Shown: positions 25,151 to 37,765, numbered from the stretch's first letter. The stretch is DNA of 64,000 nucleotides from Vicugna vicugna (GCA_013265495.1 MU058233.1:97038-161037); one strand, 5' to 3'. Notes: generated by a model from the sequence alone, not told the origin. Translations and numbers: made by a program.

Positions 25151-26900
25151 GGGGTTACCGCTGTGTGGCGCCAAGCAAGTGAGGGTCTCTGAGCCTTCCT
25201 TTCCCACCTCCCAGGCGGCCCTGGGGTCTGAGAAGCCAGGTGTGCGCTCAAAGCAGGCGTGGGTTCCCCGGGCAGGCCCCCGTTCACATCTGCTCCAATC
25301 CCTAGCAGTGTGACGCGGACAGATTACTCAGTTGCTTCAACTGTGAACTGGGGACGCACGCGCCTGCCTGGCGGGCCGGGTTAACAGAGCACCCAGTCCT
25401 AGAGGAGAGGCCCGGGCCAGGGGCCCAGGGCGAGCCCGGGGTTTGAGTCCTCGATGAACACTCTTTCACCAGAAGTCAGGTTGTGTCTTCAATTGATGGA
25501 GGATGAAAATACCCACAGCATTTTGTTCCTGCTGTGGGCACGTGAATCAACGGGGGTCTTTCCACCAGCGGCATTCAGATTGGACGGAAGACAGTGTTAC
25601 TAAGCTCAACAGCCCAGGGTGTCGCAAAAACCCGTGGTGGGGAAAGGCGGGGAAGCACTCTGTGAGCCAGGAGTGTCACTGACGATGCCGGGGCTTGGGG
25701 ACCCCAGGCTGCTGGAGGACTGTCTTTTCCTGGGGTCTCTGGGGCTGCACGATGCCAGCAGACGGTCATGAGCTCTCATTCCAGAGGCGGAAGTGAGTGC
25801 CACTGTCAACAAAAGGAGAGATTTTCAGTGGTGAAGGCAGTGACCAGGATCCAGAAGGCTGTGGGGCATTTTAGATCAGGTGGCCCCAGAGGACCTCTTG
25901 GAGGAGGTGACTTTTGAGTGAGACCAGCCTAATGGGAAGGAGCCAGCCGCAGGGAGGCCTGGGGGGAGAGCCAGCTTGAGAGGTGGGGGAAAAACAAAAA
26001 GATCAAAGACCAGGGTAGCTGGCCCAGGTCCCCCGGCTCTAATTGGTGGACTTGAACCTGGGGCCCAGGTGCCTCCTACTGCACCTGCTTACCACGTTAT
26101 TGGCGGCAGGACAAAGAGGAGGAGAGAGGGCAGCTCTGGGCAAGGGCAGCTGGGCTGTTGCCCACCTTTTGGCGATTGTGAACGGCGCTTCTGTGCAGGC
26201 GGCTGTGGGAGTGTTTGCTGAACCCTGGTTTCGGCTCACCAGGGTGGATACGCGGGAGCAGCAGCACTGGCTTTACCGAGGGGCCCACGTGGACTTCCAG
26301 GAGTGCCCTGGGGGTTCGGGGGATATGTTGACTCACCCAGCCTGATTGGACCAAGCTCCTCACCCTCCCACGTGCTCCTCTGCCCAACCAACCCCGCATT
26401 TGTGCCTGGGGAGGTGGGGGCTGAGCAGGTCTGACCTCCGGCCTGGAGCCCAGGAGTTCCCACTCACCAGCTGCTCAACAGCACAAATGCATGTAATGCC
26501 TTTGCCCGGGGCATGTGCAAATTCCCTGCAATCTCCATCTTCCTACAGAAGCTCTGTCCTGTCCCTGAAGGCATCTGGGTTGGAGACCCCAGGCCTTCCA
26601 GGGAAAGGGAGGGGTTCCCACAAAGGCCCACTGGCTGGGGCCTGGAGGGTGAGTCCAGGTATCCCCAGGTGTGGGCTTTGCAGCGTGGCTGGACTGGACC
26701 GTCTCCTCGCAGACACCTGCAGGGACTTTGGGGTAATTACCCCTACCAAAGACACATGGTAGGCAAATTGACCTGGAGACGGAACCAAGGTTTATCACAT
26801 CACCGAGGGGGAATAGCCAGAGATAAAAGAGTGCCCCTCCGAGAGGGTTTGGAGAATGTGGCTTAGGTATTTGGAAAGCCGAGTACCGATGACTGGCGGG

Positions 26901-27027
26901 CTTTTGTTTGTTTTGTTTTGTTTTTTAATTTAATGTTGTTATTATTATTGTATGGAGGTACTGGGGATTGAACCCGGGACCTTATGCACGTTAAACACGC
27001 ACTCTACCGCTGAGCTATACCCACTCC
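26901..27027 (-). mobile_element. tRNA-derived SINE (camelid Vic-1-like)
   Basis: Reverse complement reads GGGTATAGCTCAGCGGTAGAGTGCG...GGTTCAATCCCCAGTACCTCCA (A and B boxes) plus an A-rich tail. Confidence 0.85.
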
Positions 27028-27106
27028 ACCAGATGCCTGTTTTATTTTATGTGGTCCTAAAACATCAGGCCCCCATCAGTTTGTGGACAAAGAATGTCAC
27101 CCGCCA

Positions 27107-27358
27107 TGTCAGTGAACAAAGGATGCTGAGGCTGTAAAGGAATCAGGCACTCAGCTGCCAGGCCTGTGCACCAAGGGGGCTCAGGACGGAGAAGATGGGA
27201 CTCTGGCCCCAGTCAACTCAGGTGCAGATCAGAGGAGTGGTTCCAGGCAGCCCAGGCTCGCTCGTCTTCCCAGAGAAAGAAAGGCAGTAAAATCACGAGC
27301 TTGAGGCGTCTGAGGGTTCTGCGTGCTGATTAGCAGGAATCCTGTGATCTCGGATGCA

Positions 27359-27397
<39 letters not shown>

Positions 27398-27560
27398 CCA
27401 CCAGATAACCCCCATGCATCTAGGCTCCTCCTCTACCTCTTTGGAACAGAACTATCCGAGAGGCGGCTTCCCGGGCTGCAGACCTCAGTAAGAGCCCCAA
27501 ATAAAGCAAAATTCTCAACTTTTAGGTTGTGTGTGTGTGTGTGTGTTTTCTCAATTGACA
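27107..27560 (+). mobile_element. Solo ERV LTR (artiodactyl-type) containing two (TG)n tracts
   Basis: TGTCAGTGAACAAAGGATG start, AATAAA near 27499, end ...ctcaacttttaggttgtg...tcaaTTGACA (TG...CA termini); (TG)n at 27361-27393 and 27528-27546; no clear TSD. Confidence 0.7.
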
Positions 27561-29029
27561 GGTTGGTTGGTGAAATCGAGGCAGGGATGACCCAGGACCA
27601 CCTCCCCGCCATGCCATTCTTCAGAATAACGCTAGCACATCCAAGAACTACAGGGTCAAACGGGCCCAGCAATGTCCCCCGTGGGCGTGGGCACAGCGTC
27701 AGGGTCCAGTCGTTTCCAAGAGATCCTCAAACTGCCAAGAAGGAGATTTGATTTCCAACCCCTATCCCAAGGTGCACACCACGGGGCCCCGGGAGTGTCC
27801 TGCGGGCTTCTGCTCTCGGCAAGCAGAGGGTAGGGCCGACCTGGGAAGGGCAGGAGCTCCATCCTTCCTCCCCACCCCTGCCCCCACCCCAAGCTACAGA
27901 CCTCTGGTGGCCCAGGCCCCGCAGCTTTGCCCTCCGACCTGCCCAGCACAGAGCAGAGGTGCTCAGGTCTCAGGAAGTGTTAGCTACGTGCGTTCAGCAG
28001 ACTCTCATCTGCGTGTTCATTCACCGCACAGCTATCTGTGGAGCACCTACTCTGTTCCAGGTGCTGTTCCAGGCACAGGGTACAGCAGTGAACTAGACAC
28101 CCATGAAGGAGGGGGTCCTCCTTCGCCCAAGCCTGGGCTCCTGGGACATGAGCAGGCCCTTTACAAAAGAGGGAGCCTGGCTGGAAGAGCTGAAATTTGA
28201 GGCTGCAAAGAGGTGCTCTTTGAAATTGACACACTGTCCAGTGCCAAGTGCTGTCACAGGTCAGTGCTGGAGGAGGGAGAGCTGGCGGGTCAGGGGCTCT
28301 GGTGAATGTGTAACCCTCGGCAGCCTCTTTGGAACACAAATCAGGATGGTTTTGTAACACTGAAACTTCGCTTACTTTGTTACTCTGCAATCCTCGCCCC
28401 TAGGTAGGTCCCCGGAGGAGCTCTGACAGAGGACAGCAGGGAACGTGAATGGGATTGTTTGTAGCAGTTCGTTCCTAACGGCGAAAGTCTGGAACCAACC
28501 CTCACGTCCATCATCAGAATGGATAATAATTCCGGGATCGAGCTTACAGGGCACTGTTAGGCAGCAGTGAGGAGAATGAAATGCTGCCGTGGAACAACTC
28601 AAAGCTGACCTCAGTGACGCAGTTTCATGAGAAGAGCGTGGTGCAAAGGGCCACCAATGCTGTTGTTAAAAGAGGATTAAAAAAAAAGGAGACAGTGTGA
28701 CTCCGAGCTGGAAAAAGGAAGAGATGTTAAAGACTTTGCACAAGGAGGGACCCAGGCAGATGTTAGAAAGTTGTTTGGTCCTTGCTTTGACAATTGGGGA
28801 AGTGAAGTAAAATATTGACATATACCTAAAACAGACTTTTTTAATCAAATCAAATACAGACATTATGACGTATTCATGCTAAGTACTTCGTATATCTCTC
28901 TAAGAATCAGGTCGTTTTAATATGTCCGTTACATGTTAATTAAAAAGAAAAAGAATAAGGTCGTCTTCTTACAAGACAGAGACATCATTGCCACGCTTCC
29001 CAAAACGAATAGTGATGCCCTAATGTCGT

Positions 29030-29096
29030 CTCCTTTTTTTTTCTTTTTTTTTTTAATTGAAGTATAGTGGGTCTACAATTTTGGGTCATTTTCTGG
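29030..29096 (-). mobile_element. Very short 5'-truncated L1 3' end with TSD
   Basis: polyT + aattgaagtatagtgggtctacaat...ttctggtg, flanked by tgccctaaYgtcRt at 29016-29029 and 29097-29110. Confidence 0.75.
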
Positions 29097-31142
29097 TGCC
29101 CTAACGTCATTTCGTTCATGGCCATATTCAAAGCTGCCCCCTTTTCCCTGCCGAAGTCTTTACAGTGGATTTGTTCAGTCAAGCCTGGTCCAGGACCATG
29201 AGATGCATTGTAAACATCTTTTAATCTACAACAGACCCTTATTTTCCCCCGTGCTTTTAGCTTGATGAACAGCTGGGACCGATTGTCCTGAGAGGGTCTT
29301 GTAGATAAAGCAGACTCGGGAGAAGTGATGGGGACAGGGTGAGGGGGCGTGGCTTTGCTTTAAGTGGTCAGGGGTGACTCTCGGAGGAGGGAGCACCGAC
29401 ACTGAACGCTGACAGGCCCCCAGGAGCCAGCCACGCAAGGTGCCAGCGGGAGAGTGTGCCCAGCAGGGGCAGAGGCGCAGGCTCAGGGTGTTTGAGGAGG
29501 CGCTTGGGGGCAGAGTGGGCAGGTCACTGAGCCAGGAGGAAAGGCTGGTCGTGCAGGCGGGGAAGCCATCAAGCTACCGGGAGCCAGGTCATGGAGGAAC
29601 TGAATGAGCAAGTGGACAAAGGCTTGCACAGACATTCCGGTTGGATGAATCATCTGTTGGGTGTGAGCTCTGCGCTAGGCACTGCTCTAAACCTTTTCTG
29701 CTGTCAACTGGACCCATCCTCATGACAGCCGCATGATTCCCTGACCGTCAGTCAGGACCGGCTAGGTTATGGGGCAGTAACAAGTAGCTCCGGAAAGCTC
29801 AGTGACTCCATACCATACGGGTTTCTTTCTTCTTCCTGCTATGTGGTCATCCATCCTAAGTTTGGCTGGGGCTCTATAACGAGCGTTTGACCGTCTCAGT
29901 CGTTGCCGCACCGGGGGCCAGCTCAGGAGGAGCAGTTAGGAGCTCCATTCCAGAAACTTTCACCGACAGCTCATTGGCCGGGACTGATCGCAGGGTTCTA
30001 ACCACAAGAAGGGCAGGACATGTGTCCCCACTGGATGCCCAGAAGCTGGGAAACTAGAAACACCCTAGTAGCTTTCTGGCCCCATTTTACAGATGAGGAA
30101 ACTAGTTTAAAAAGGCTAAAAATAAGTTGCCCACGGCCTCACGCCTGCTCGTTGGAAAGGCAGGGAGAGCCAGCCCGGACTTTGACTCTGATGGCAGGAC
30201 AGTTATGGGTGTGGTGGGCGTGGTCTTCCTCCCGCCCCGTGCCGCAGGGCAGAAGAGTGTGTCCATCTGTCTCAGGAGGTTGGAATCTGCCTCTGGACAC
30301 TTGTTTCCTAGCCTGGAGCTCCCTGAGCTCCCGGGAGGCTGTGCAGTTGGTAGCTGAGGGCCCGGGCCAGGAGTCAGGGCCTCATCTGCCCAGGCCAGCG
30401 GGGACACCTCAGCTTCTGCCTCTTTTCCTCTCCTGAAACGGAGGTCCAGCGAATGGGTGGGCCTGGTTCTGGGCCCTCCCTGGAGTCTGATCCCCTAGGG
30501 CTGCATCTCCTGGGGCCTCTGGGTTCTCCTGGGTGTGGCCAAGCAGAGACACTCAGAGATAACCGTCACTTCATCAGGCCTGGGAATGACGGGGACCTTG
30601 CATGTGACTGTCTCCACAACAAATAGCAGCTGAGGGCCCGGCGCCAGCTGAGGATCTGGAAAATCCCCTCCATCATTGAGTTCCTGGTCCACTGAGGGAG
30701 ACAGACAGTAAACACCATTGAACAAGGCCTGTTAGGCGGTGATACGTGCACTGGAGGAAATGCAGCTGAAAAGGGGATGGAGTGAGTGGGGAAGTCACTA
30801 CTCTGAAAAGGGAGGTCAAACCTGAGGGAGAGGGGAGAGCCGGGGGAGACAGATCCTCCACAGCAGGGCGAGCAGCAAGTGCAAAGGCCCTGGGGCAGGA
30901 GCAATGCCCCGTGTGCTCAGGAGGAGCAGGAGGCCAGACTGCGGAGGCAAAGGTGCGCAGCCTGGAGCATGAGGACCTGGGTTCCTGCTCTGCGTGAAGC
31001 GGGAGTCATTGGAGAGGAGCTGCACGCTCCAACTTGGGTGTTTCCAGAACTGTGGGCCTGCAGAGGTGAGACGAGGTTGTGGTGGAAACCAGCTGGAGGC
31101 TGGGGATGTGGCCCAGGAGAGAGACCAGTGCCTCCCACCTGG

Positions 31143-31632
31143 GTTATCTGGGCTGAATAGTGTCCCCAAGAATTCAGAGCCACCTGAAACCTCAGCCTGT
31201 AACCTTATTTATGTATTTAAAGTTTATTTCTTTTTAAAAACATTTTTTTTAACTGGAGGTACTGAGGACTGAACCCAGGACCACCACGCGCATGATAAGC
31301 ACCAGGGGCTACCTCTCCCCTGTAACCTCCTTTAGAAATAGGGTTTTTGCAGACGTGTGCATTAAGTTGAGGTCGTGTTCAGTTAAGGTGGGTTCTAAAT
31401 CCAATGGCTGGTGTTCTTATCAGGGGAGGGGGCACAGAGGCACGGGGAAGAGAGCAGGTGAAGGAGGGGAGGCTGGAGGGGTGCAGCTGCAAGACAAGGG
31501 ATGCCTGAAGCCCCCCGAGGGAGTGCAGGCCCGCCCGCACCTTGATTTTGGACTTCCGGCCTCCAGGACTGTAGTTTTAAGTGCCCACAGTGTGTGTGGT
31601 CATTTGTCACGGCAGACCCGGAGACGAACACA
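31143..31632 (+). mobile_element. MLT1-type LTR interrupted by a SINE
   Basis: gggctgaatagtgtcccc...agaaatagggtttttgcagacgt...cttgattttggacttccggcctccaggactgt...tttgtcacggcag. Confidence 0.75.
31206..31318 (-). mobile_element. Vic-1-like SINE with TSD cctgtaacct
   Basis: tggaggtactgaggactgaacccagga; TSD copies at 31196-31205 and 31319-31328. Confidence 0.75.
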
Positions 31633-32079
31633 GATGGTGAGGGGGCAGGACGCCAGGCTATGTTGGATGTAGTGCCGACAGAGCTTTCAGATGTGCCAGC
31701 CAGGGGGTCAAGGCTGCCCACACGGTTCCGGCTTGAGAAGCAGGGGGAGCGGGCACTGGAGAGAGTGGGAAGCATGGAGGCGGGGGTGTGAGGCGTCTGG
31801 GGTGCCAGGCGCCCCCCTGCCCACCTCAGCACACTTGGCTTGCTGAAGACAGCCTGGTTCACAGCTGAGCTCCAAGACTTCGCAGTGTGTGGCTCTGGGC
31901 CAGCCGGACTCAGCTTTCTCACCTGTAAAATGGGGAGGGCAGTGGTACCCACCTGGGGGGTGGAGGTGAGAAGAAGCGGGTTCATTTCTGTGGGGCCTTT
32001 AGTGCAGGGTCTGGACAGTGTTATCCAGCCATTCACAGACCTTTCGGAGTGCCTCTCTCCAAGCCAGAACCTCTTAAGA

Positions 32080-32345
32080 CATTGTTTTTTAAAGATACAA
32101 TTCACGTAAGGCAAAATGACCCATCTTAAAGTGAACAGTGCAGGAGCATTTAGCATAGTCACAATGCTGTGTGACCACCATCTCTCTCGGTTCCAAGACT
32201 TTCACAAGCCTGAGATACACTCAGTAGCCACGGGCAGTCCCTCCCCATGCAACCCCTCCTGCAGACCCTGGCAACCACCACGCAGTCCCTGTGGGTTACC
32301 TCTTCTGGATACTTCATATTTATGGACCACACAATAGGTGACCTT
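32080..32345 (-). mobile_element. L1MB-like 3' fragment
   Basis: gatacaattcacgtaag...acccatcttaaagtgaacagt...gcatttagcatagtcacaatgctgtg...ttctggatacttcatat. Confidence 0.7.
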
Positions 32346-32441
32346 TGACTTTCTATCGCTTGACGCTGCTAGGAGATGAGAAAGTAAAAATGCGTCTCCA
32401 CATGGTTAGACAAATCGTCCTTTAAACAAAAAAACCTAGTA

Positions 32442-32600
32442 GGGGAGGTTTTAGCTTAGTGGTAGAGTGTGTGCTTAGCGTGCACGAGGTCCTGGGTTCA
32501 ATCCCCAGTACCCCCATTAAAAAATTTAAAAATAAATAAGTAAATAAACCTAGTCACCGCCCCCCGCAAAACAACTAAAAAAAAAGAAAAGAAAAATCTA
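32442..32600 (+). mobile_element. Vic-1-like SINE
   Basis: ggggaggttttagcttagtggtagagtgtgtgcttagcgtgcacgaggtcctgggttcaatccccagtac plus A-rich tail. Confidence 0.87.
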
Positions 32601-33259
32601 ACTAAACTCCAGATGTGCTACTTGGATGAATCTTAGTTCGTGGCAAGCTGTCATCACCAGCCTGAACTTCTTTTATTTACAGTATAAAAAAATCCATGAA
32701 TTCACCACCCGCCTCAAGACCGAGAGCATTAACAAAAGCCTCCACCTGCCTCTGCGTCCCCATGCCTTCTTATCCCTCTGGGACCCCTGAGTTCTGCGTG
32801 GTCCTCACCTTCGTTGGAGGGTTGGGTTGCAGTTTTAGCACAAGAGGACCACCGCCCAGACAGCCGTCACCTCGGCGTCGCAATGTCATGTCGGGTCTGA
32901 GGGTTTTCAGCTTTGTAGGAAGGGCGTCATGTTCTAGGTCATCTTCTGGCGTGCATCCTTTCCCAGTGCCTATTATGTCAGTGAAAAGCATCTTGGCTGT
33001 TGCAGGAAGCTGGCGACTGGTCCTTTGTTCACTGCTGTATATTAGTCCATCACAGAAATATAACTGAGGTTTTGGGTTTTGCTGTTGTTCAGTTTTTCCT
33101 TTTATAAAAACTACTGCTGTAGCATAAACTGCCCTGTGTGAGTGTGTGTGTCCCCTTACAAAAGAGGGCATGGGCCTGCAGGGCGTTCGGCAGGAACAGA
33201 AGGTCATGTTCCCGTAGCAGAGGAGGGTCTCCGGGGATGGACGGGAAGGTGGGTGCCCT

Positions 33260-34150
33260 CCCCTCCATTCACTGATTTGTTCATTCAACAACAACGTGCT
33301 GAAGGTCTCCTATGTCACTTTTAGGTGAAAAAAGGATTTCGAGTTCCCTGTCTTGGAAATTCCACACTAGTGGAGGGAGCTGGCAAGTAAGAAATCAGCA
33401 AGGACGGTCCCAATAATGACAAATCATGAAGAAAATAATCGGGGGCAAAGGGGCTGAGGAGTTTGTAGTCTTTTGGGATGGAGTTCATCTTAGCCACTTT
33501 GGAGGGAATAAATGCTGAATTTCTGTTGGAGGTGAGCAAACGTAAGGACATAGATGTCTTTCCTGTCCCAGTCCACAGACCCTTGGCTGTGTCCCTTGGT
33601 CCACGGACACCTACTGTTAGCGTGCCCAAGGGGAGGGGCTTCCCTAGATGGGATGGCAGTCTGGAAAAGCTTCTCAAGGCAGTGACTTTGGGGCTGAAAC
33701 CAGTGTTTTGACGAACAGCCAGTCAGTGCAAAGGCCCTGCAGATGGGACAGGTTGAGTAGGGCTGGGTGAGGGCCATGAAGAGAGAAGACAGCCCTGCTC
33801 TGAGGAGATTGGCTGACCAGGAGGCAGCGAGACTAAGGGGTCTGGGGTCTCCTCTGTGGTCCAGGACCCAGACAGTGGTTTGGACCAGGGGATGGAACAG
33901 GGGAGGGAGAGGACAGCAGATTGTGGGAGGGACGCAGGAGGAGTGAGAGCATCATTGGGAGACACACCTGGGTGCCACTTGAAACAGGGAAGACTAGAAG
34001 GAGAACAGGTTTGCCAGGTTGGGAGAGCAGGATATTGGAGAATCCTGGGGTTGGGGCCCAGAGGCTCGGCAGGGAACTCGAGGAAGTTCCAGGCCCTGGA
34101 CTCGGCCTGCCCCAGGCCTGGCAGTGGCTTCTGCATGCCTTTAAGATGCC
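33260..34150. mobile_element. L2 remnant
   Basis: ccattcactgatttgttcattcaaca...ctgaaggtctcctatgt...cagtgcaaaggccctg...tttggaccagggg. Confidence 0.6.
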
Positions 34151-34489
34151 CTGCGAGGCTCCTGACTGCCTGTCATCCACCGACTGGACAGCTATTGTCC
34201 TTGTCGGGCTGAGTCACCAAAGGCCTGGGGGCACTCTGCTCTGACTTCGGCAGGAGCCAGTCTAGCCGGCCGGCCGCAGGCTCTCCAGCTTAGGTCTCCT
34301 TCAGGAGCTGCTGACTTGGAGGGCCGGAGCCCTCTGGGGCTGGGGAGATTCGGGATGAAGATGCAGCCAGCGGCTCCTCCCTCCAGGCCTCTGCGGAGGG
34401 CTTTTCCGTCCTTCACCTGCAATAGACACTGGCGCCCAGTGTGGGTCCAGGACCACGCCCCCCCTGCCCCCAGGGCAGCCCCGAAGGCC

Positions 34490-35190
34490 GCTGTCGGACA
34501 CTCCATTTCCATCAGCAGTCACTCCCCAGTCCCTCTCCCCACAGCCTGCCAACCACCGGTCTGCTGTCTGTCCCTACGGACTTGCCTGTCCAGACGTGTC
34601 ACACAAACGCAAGCGTACAAGACCTTTTATATCTGGCTTTTTTCACATCTCAGAATGTTCTCCGGGTCCATCCGTGCTGTGGCCTGTGTCAGTGCTTCCT
34701 TTTAAATTAACTTTATTGAGGGTTAACTCACACGCAATTACACACTCGCGTTTTAAGAATCCAGGTCAGTGAGTTCTGACGACTATATAAAACCGGGTAG
34801 CCGCCCCACCCCCGTCAGCGTAGAGCGCGTGTCACCCCCAAAGCCCTTCCCGTCCCTCCCCAGGCAACCCTCCGACCCCAGGCAGCCAACAAGTGACCCA
34901 CTTTCTGATGAGTCCCACACAGACGGCTGCTACGGGGTGTGTGGGGGGTCTCTGATGTCTGGCTTCTTTGGCTTTGCATTCGTGGTTTTGGGGTTCACCT
35001 GCACTGTTGCATGGACGAAATGGTTGTCCCACCCATTCCAGAGTGTGGATGTGCCCCGTCTCTTCCTCCCGGCACCTGTTTGTTTGTTTCTAGCTCTGGG
35101 CTATTGCAAACAATGCTATTATGAGTAATTAATGTTTCCAGGCAGGGAATTTGTATAAATGCCCGGGAGTGGGATGGCTGGGTTGGAAGG
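34490..35190 (-). mobile_element. L1M 3' fragments
   Basis: atctggcttttttcacatctcagaatgttctccgggtccatccgtgctgtggcctgtgtcagtgcttcct...aactttattgagg...gggatggctgggt. Confidence 0.65.
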
Positions 35191-35417
35191 TAGGTTTATG
35201 TTTGGTGTTCCCTGCTGGGGGACCCAGAGACAGCCCCGCCCTCGGAGCCTGGGGCCCAGCGGCCAGCGCCACCCAGGACTGAAACCAGCCCAGAGCCTCC
35301 TTGGAACTCCTAGGCACCCCAGCCCTCCGGGAGCCGGGAAGCGAAGCCCCATGCTGCCCCTCCCAGAGCTGAGAGCTAGTACTGGAGCCAGGGCAAGAGT
35401 GGTTCACGCCCCTCTTG

Positions 35418-35486
35418 TTGTTTAAACAAAGACTGGGAGAGGCCCCCAGGAGGAGCCTGGGCACCCAGTCCCCAGGGGAGGAAACC
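35418..35486 (+). repeat. 69-bp direct repeat, copy 1 (presumed donor)
   Basis: Identical to 37091-37159. Confidence 0.95.
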
Positions 35487-35950
35487 CACCCCTCTCCCTT
35501 GAGCATATTCCCTGAGGGCCGGCTCGGGGCTGGAGATAGCTTGGGATGGGGCCGGGAGGAGGCGTTATCTGGAGGAAACAGCTCACCTACATTGTTCTAG
35601 TTAAGCCACTTCATTATCCCAGGTGAGATAGCCTGGGCCCAGAGCACCTTTGTGGAGACGCCAGGCTCCACCCTGGTGCCTACAGGGGACCCACCCAGGC
35701 AATTTCCATCCACCTAGCTCTCAGCTGTCTGGCTGTGGGAGCAGACGAGTCAGGGCTGGGGGAAAAGGGCCAATCCGAGGTGCAGACCCACCTCTGGGCA
35801 TCGCAGGCGAGGGGATAGAGACAGACCCCTAGGTTTCCTTGTATCCCCTACCCCTGTTTGGAAAAATGATCCAACACTCATAAGCTACGACTTCCACACA
35901 CTCGTTTATGGTCATATTGGAGCATCATGGATGGATTACTTAATAATTTG

Positions 35951-36134
35951 AGGCTGGGGTCACCAAACTTGTTCTTTACAGGGCCAGATGGCAAGCACGG
36001 CTTTGCAGGCCACACAGCCACCTCTGCCGGGACTCAGCTTTCCAGGTTCAGCGCAAAAGCAGCCCCAGATAATAAATAATAAGCAAGTGGGCGTGGATGG
36101 GTTCCAATAAACTGTATTTACCAAGATAGGCAGC
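35951..36134. mobile_element. MER58-like DNA transposon, left part (remainder about 37540-37582)
   Basis: ggggtcaccaaact...agggccagatggcaa...ggctttgcaggccac...gttccaataaactgtattta; resumes as gggctggatgtggccc...tttgctgaccctt after the L1. Confidence 0.7.
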
Positions 36135-36215
36135 TCATATCCAGAAAATATAAAGAACTAATTATTCAAACAATCCAAATAGAAACTGGAAAAAAAATAA
36201 ATTAAAAAAAAGGGG

Positions 36216-36348
36216 GGGAAGGGTGTAGCTCAGTGGTAGAGTGTGTGCTTAGCATGCATGGGGGCCTGGGTTCAATCCCCAGTCCCTCTCTTAAAAACAA
36301 ACAAACAAACCTACTTACCTCTCCAAAAAAAACAAAAAACAAAAAAAA
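36216..36348 (+). mobile_element. Vic-1-like SINE inside L1
   Basis: gggtgtagctcagtggtagagtgtgtgcttagcatgcatgggggcctgggttcaatccccagt plus (AAAC)n/A tail. Confidence 0.87.
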
Positions 36349-37090
36349 CCTCATCAAAGTTTAGCAGACATTTCTCCAAAGAAGATAAAAAAAGGGCCAG
36401 TGAGCATGGGAAAAGATGCTCAACATGACTAACCATTAGGGAAACACAAATCAAAGCCACAGCAAGAAGCCACTTCACAACCACTAGGATAGCTATTTTT
36501 AAAAAAAAAAAAAAGCGGAAAATAACAAGCGTTGGTGAGGATGTGGAGACACCAGTTGCTGATGGGAATGCAAAATGGTTCAGCTTCCATGGAAAACCGT
36601 GGTAGTTCCTTAAAGTATTAAAAATAGAATTACCAGTAACCCCACTTCCGGGCATACATCCAAAAGAATTGAAAACAGGACCTGTCCACCCATGTTCATA
36701 GCTGCATTACCCACAGCAGCTAAGCTGTGGGGGCAACCCGAGTGCCCAGGGATGGATGAATGGATAAACAAAGTGTGTTATATCCATACAATGGAGTATC
36801 ATTTAGCCTTAAGCGGAGGGAAATTCTGACACATGCTACAACACGGGTGAACATCTTGGATGTGGTCCTAAGGGAAATAAGGCAGACACTTGTCATAAGA
36901 CAACTCCTGGGTGATTCCACTTGTGTGAGGAACCTAGAACTCTCAGATCCACAGACAGAAAGTAGGAGGGTGGGTGCCCAGGGCTGGGGGTGGGGGATGA
37001 CGGTTAGTGTTTAATGGGGACAGAGTTTCAGTTTGGGAAGATGAAAAACTTCCTGAGAGGGATGGTGGTGATGGTTGCACAACATTCATA

Positions 37091-37159
37091 TTGTTTAAAC
37101 AAAGACTGGGAGAGGCCCCCAGGAGGAGCCTGGGCACCCAGTCCCCAGGGGAGGAAACC
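37091..37159 (+). repeat. 69-bp direct repeat, copy 2 (inserted in L1 3'UTR)
   Basis: Identical to 35418-35486. Confidence 0.95.
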
Positions 37160-37227
37160 TGTACACTTGAAAATATGAATGTACTGAATACCGCTGACCT
37201 GTACACTTGAAAAGGGTTAAGATGTGA

Positions 37228-37341
37228 AACAGCCTATAATGAAAAAGAACATGGAAAGGAATGTATGCATAACTGAATCCCTTTGCCGTACACCAGAAAT
37301 TAACACAACACTGTAAACCAACTACACTTCAATTTAAAAAA
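37228..37341 (+). mobile_element. Younger cetartiodactyl-type L1 3' terminus
   Basis: cctataatgaaaaagaa...ataactgaatccctttgccgtacaccagaaattaacacaacactgtaaaccaactacacttcaattt + A tail. Confidence 0.75.
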
Positions 37342-37360
37342 TTGGTTAAGACAGCAATTT

Positions 37361-37463
37361 GGGGTGGGGAGGGCATAGCTCTGTGGTAGAGCATGTGCTT
37401 AGCACGCACGAGGTCCTGGGTTCAATCTCCAGTCCCTCCAGTGGAAAAAAAATAAATAAATAA
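37361..37463 (+). mobile_element. Vic-1-like SINE with imperfect TSD aagaYRgcaattt
   Basis: ggggagggcatagctctgtggtagagcatgtgcttagcacgcacgaggtcctgggttcaatctccagt; TSD 37348-37360 and 37464-37476. Confidence 0.87.
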
Positions 37464-37607
37464 AAGATGGCAATTTTAAAGTTATGTGTATTTTACCACA
37501 ATTACAAAAAAATTAAAAAAGGAAGCAGAAGCCAAGGGTAGGGCTGGATGTGGCCCCTTATTTGTAGGTTTGCTGACCCTTGATGCAGACCTTTTCTCTT
37601 GACTATT

Positions 37608-37765
37608 TTTGTGTGTTTTTTGTTTATGTTTTTGGTTTTTGGGGGTGGAGATAATTAGGTTTATTTGTTTGTTTGTTTATTTTAGAGGAGGGACTGGGGA
37701 TTGAACTCAGGACTGCATGCATGCTGAGCATGCCCTCTACCATTTGAGCCACACCCTCCTCCATC
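37608..37765 (-). mobile_element. Vic-1-like SINE with 15-bp TSD
   Basis: actggggattgaactcaggac...catgccctctaccatttgagccacaccctcc; TSD tttctcttgactatt at 37593-37607 and 37766-37780. Confidence 0.88.

Larger units (their letters stand above)
36135..37520 (+). mobile_element. L1MB-like ORF2 end + 3'UTR with younger nested insertions
   Basis: agacatttctccaaagaagat...aaaagatgctcaacat...gttggtgaggatgtggaga...gatggatgaatggataaacaaa...tatgtgtattttaccacaat + polyA. Confidence 0.85.

Noticed and set aside
32442..32515. tRNA-Ala-like sequences at the SINE heads
   Set aside because: Multiple diverged copies with A-rich tails and TSDs; these are SINEs, not tRNA genes.
35418..37159. 69-bp direct repeats read as LTRs or CRISPR-like repeats bounding a 1.7-kb element
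   Set aside because: Only two copies, no TG...CA termini or TSD, and the second copy interrupts a continuous L1; better explained as a templated insertion.
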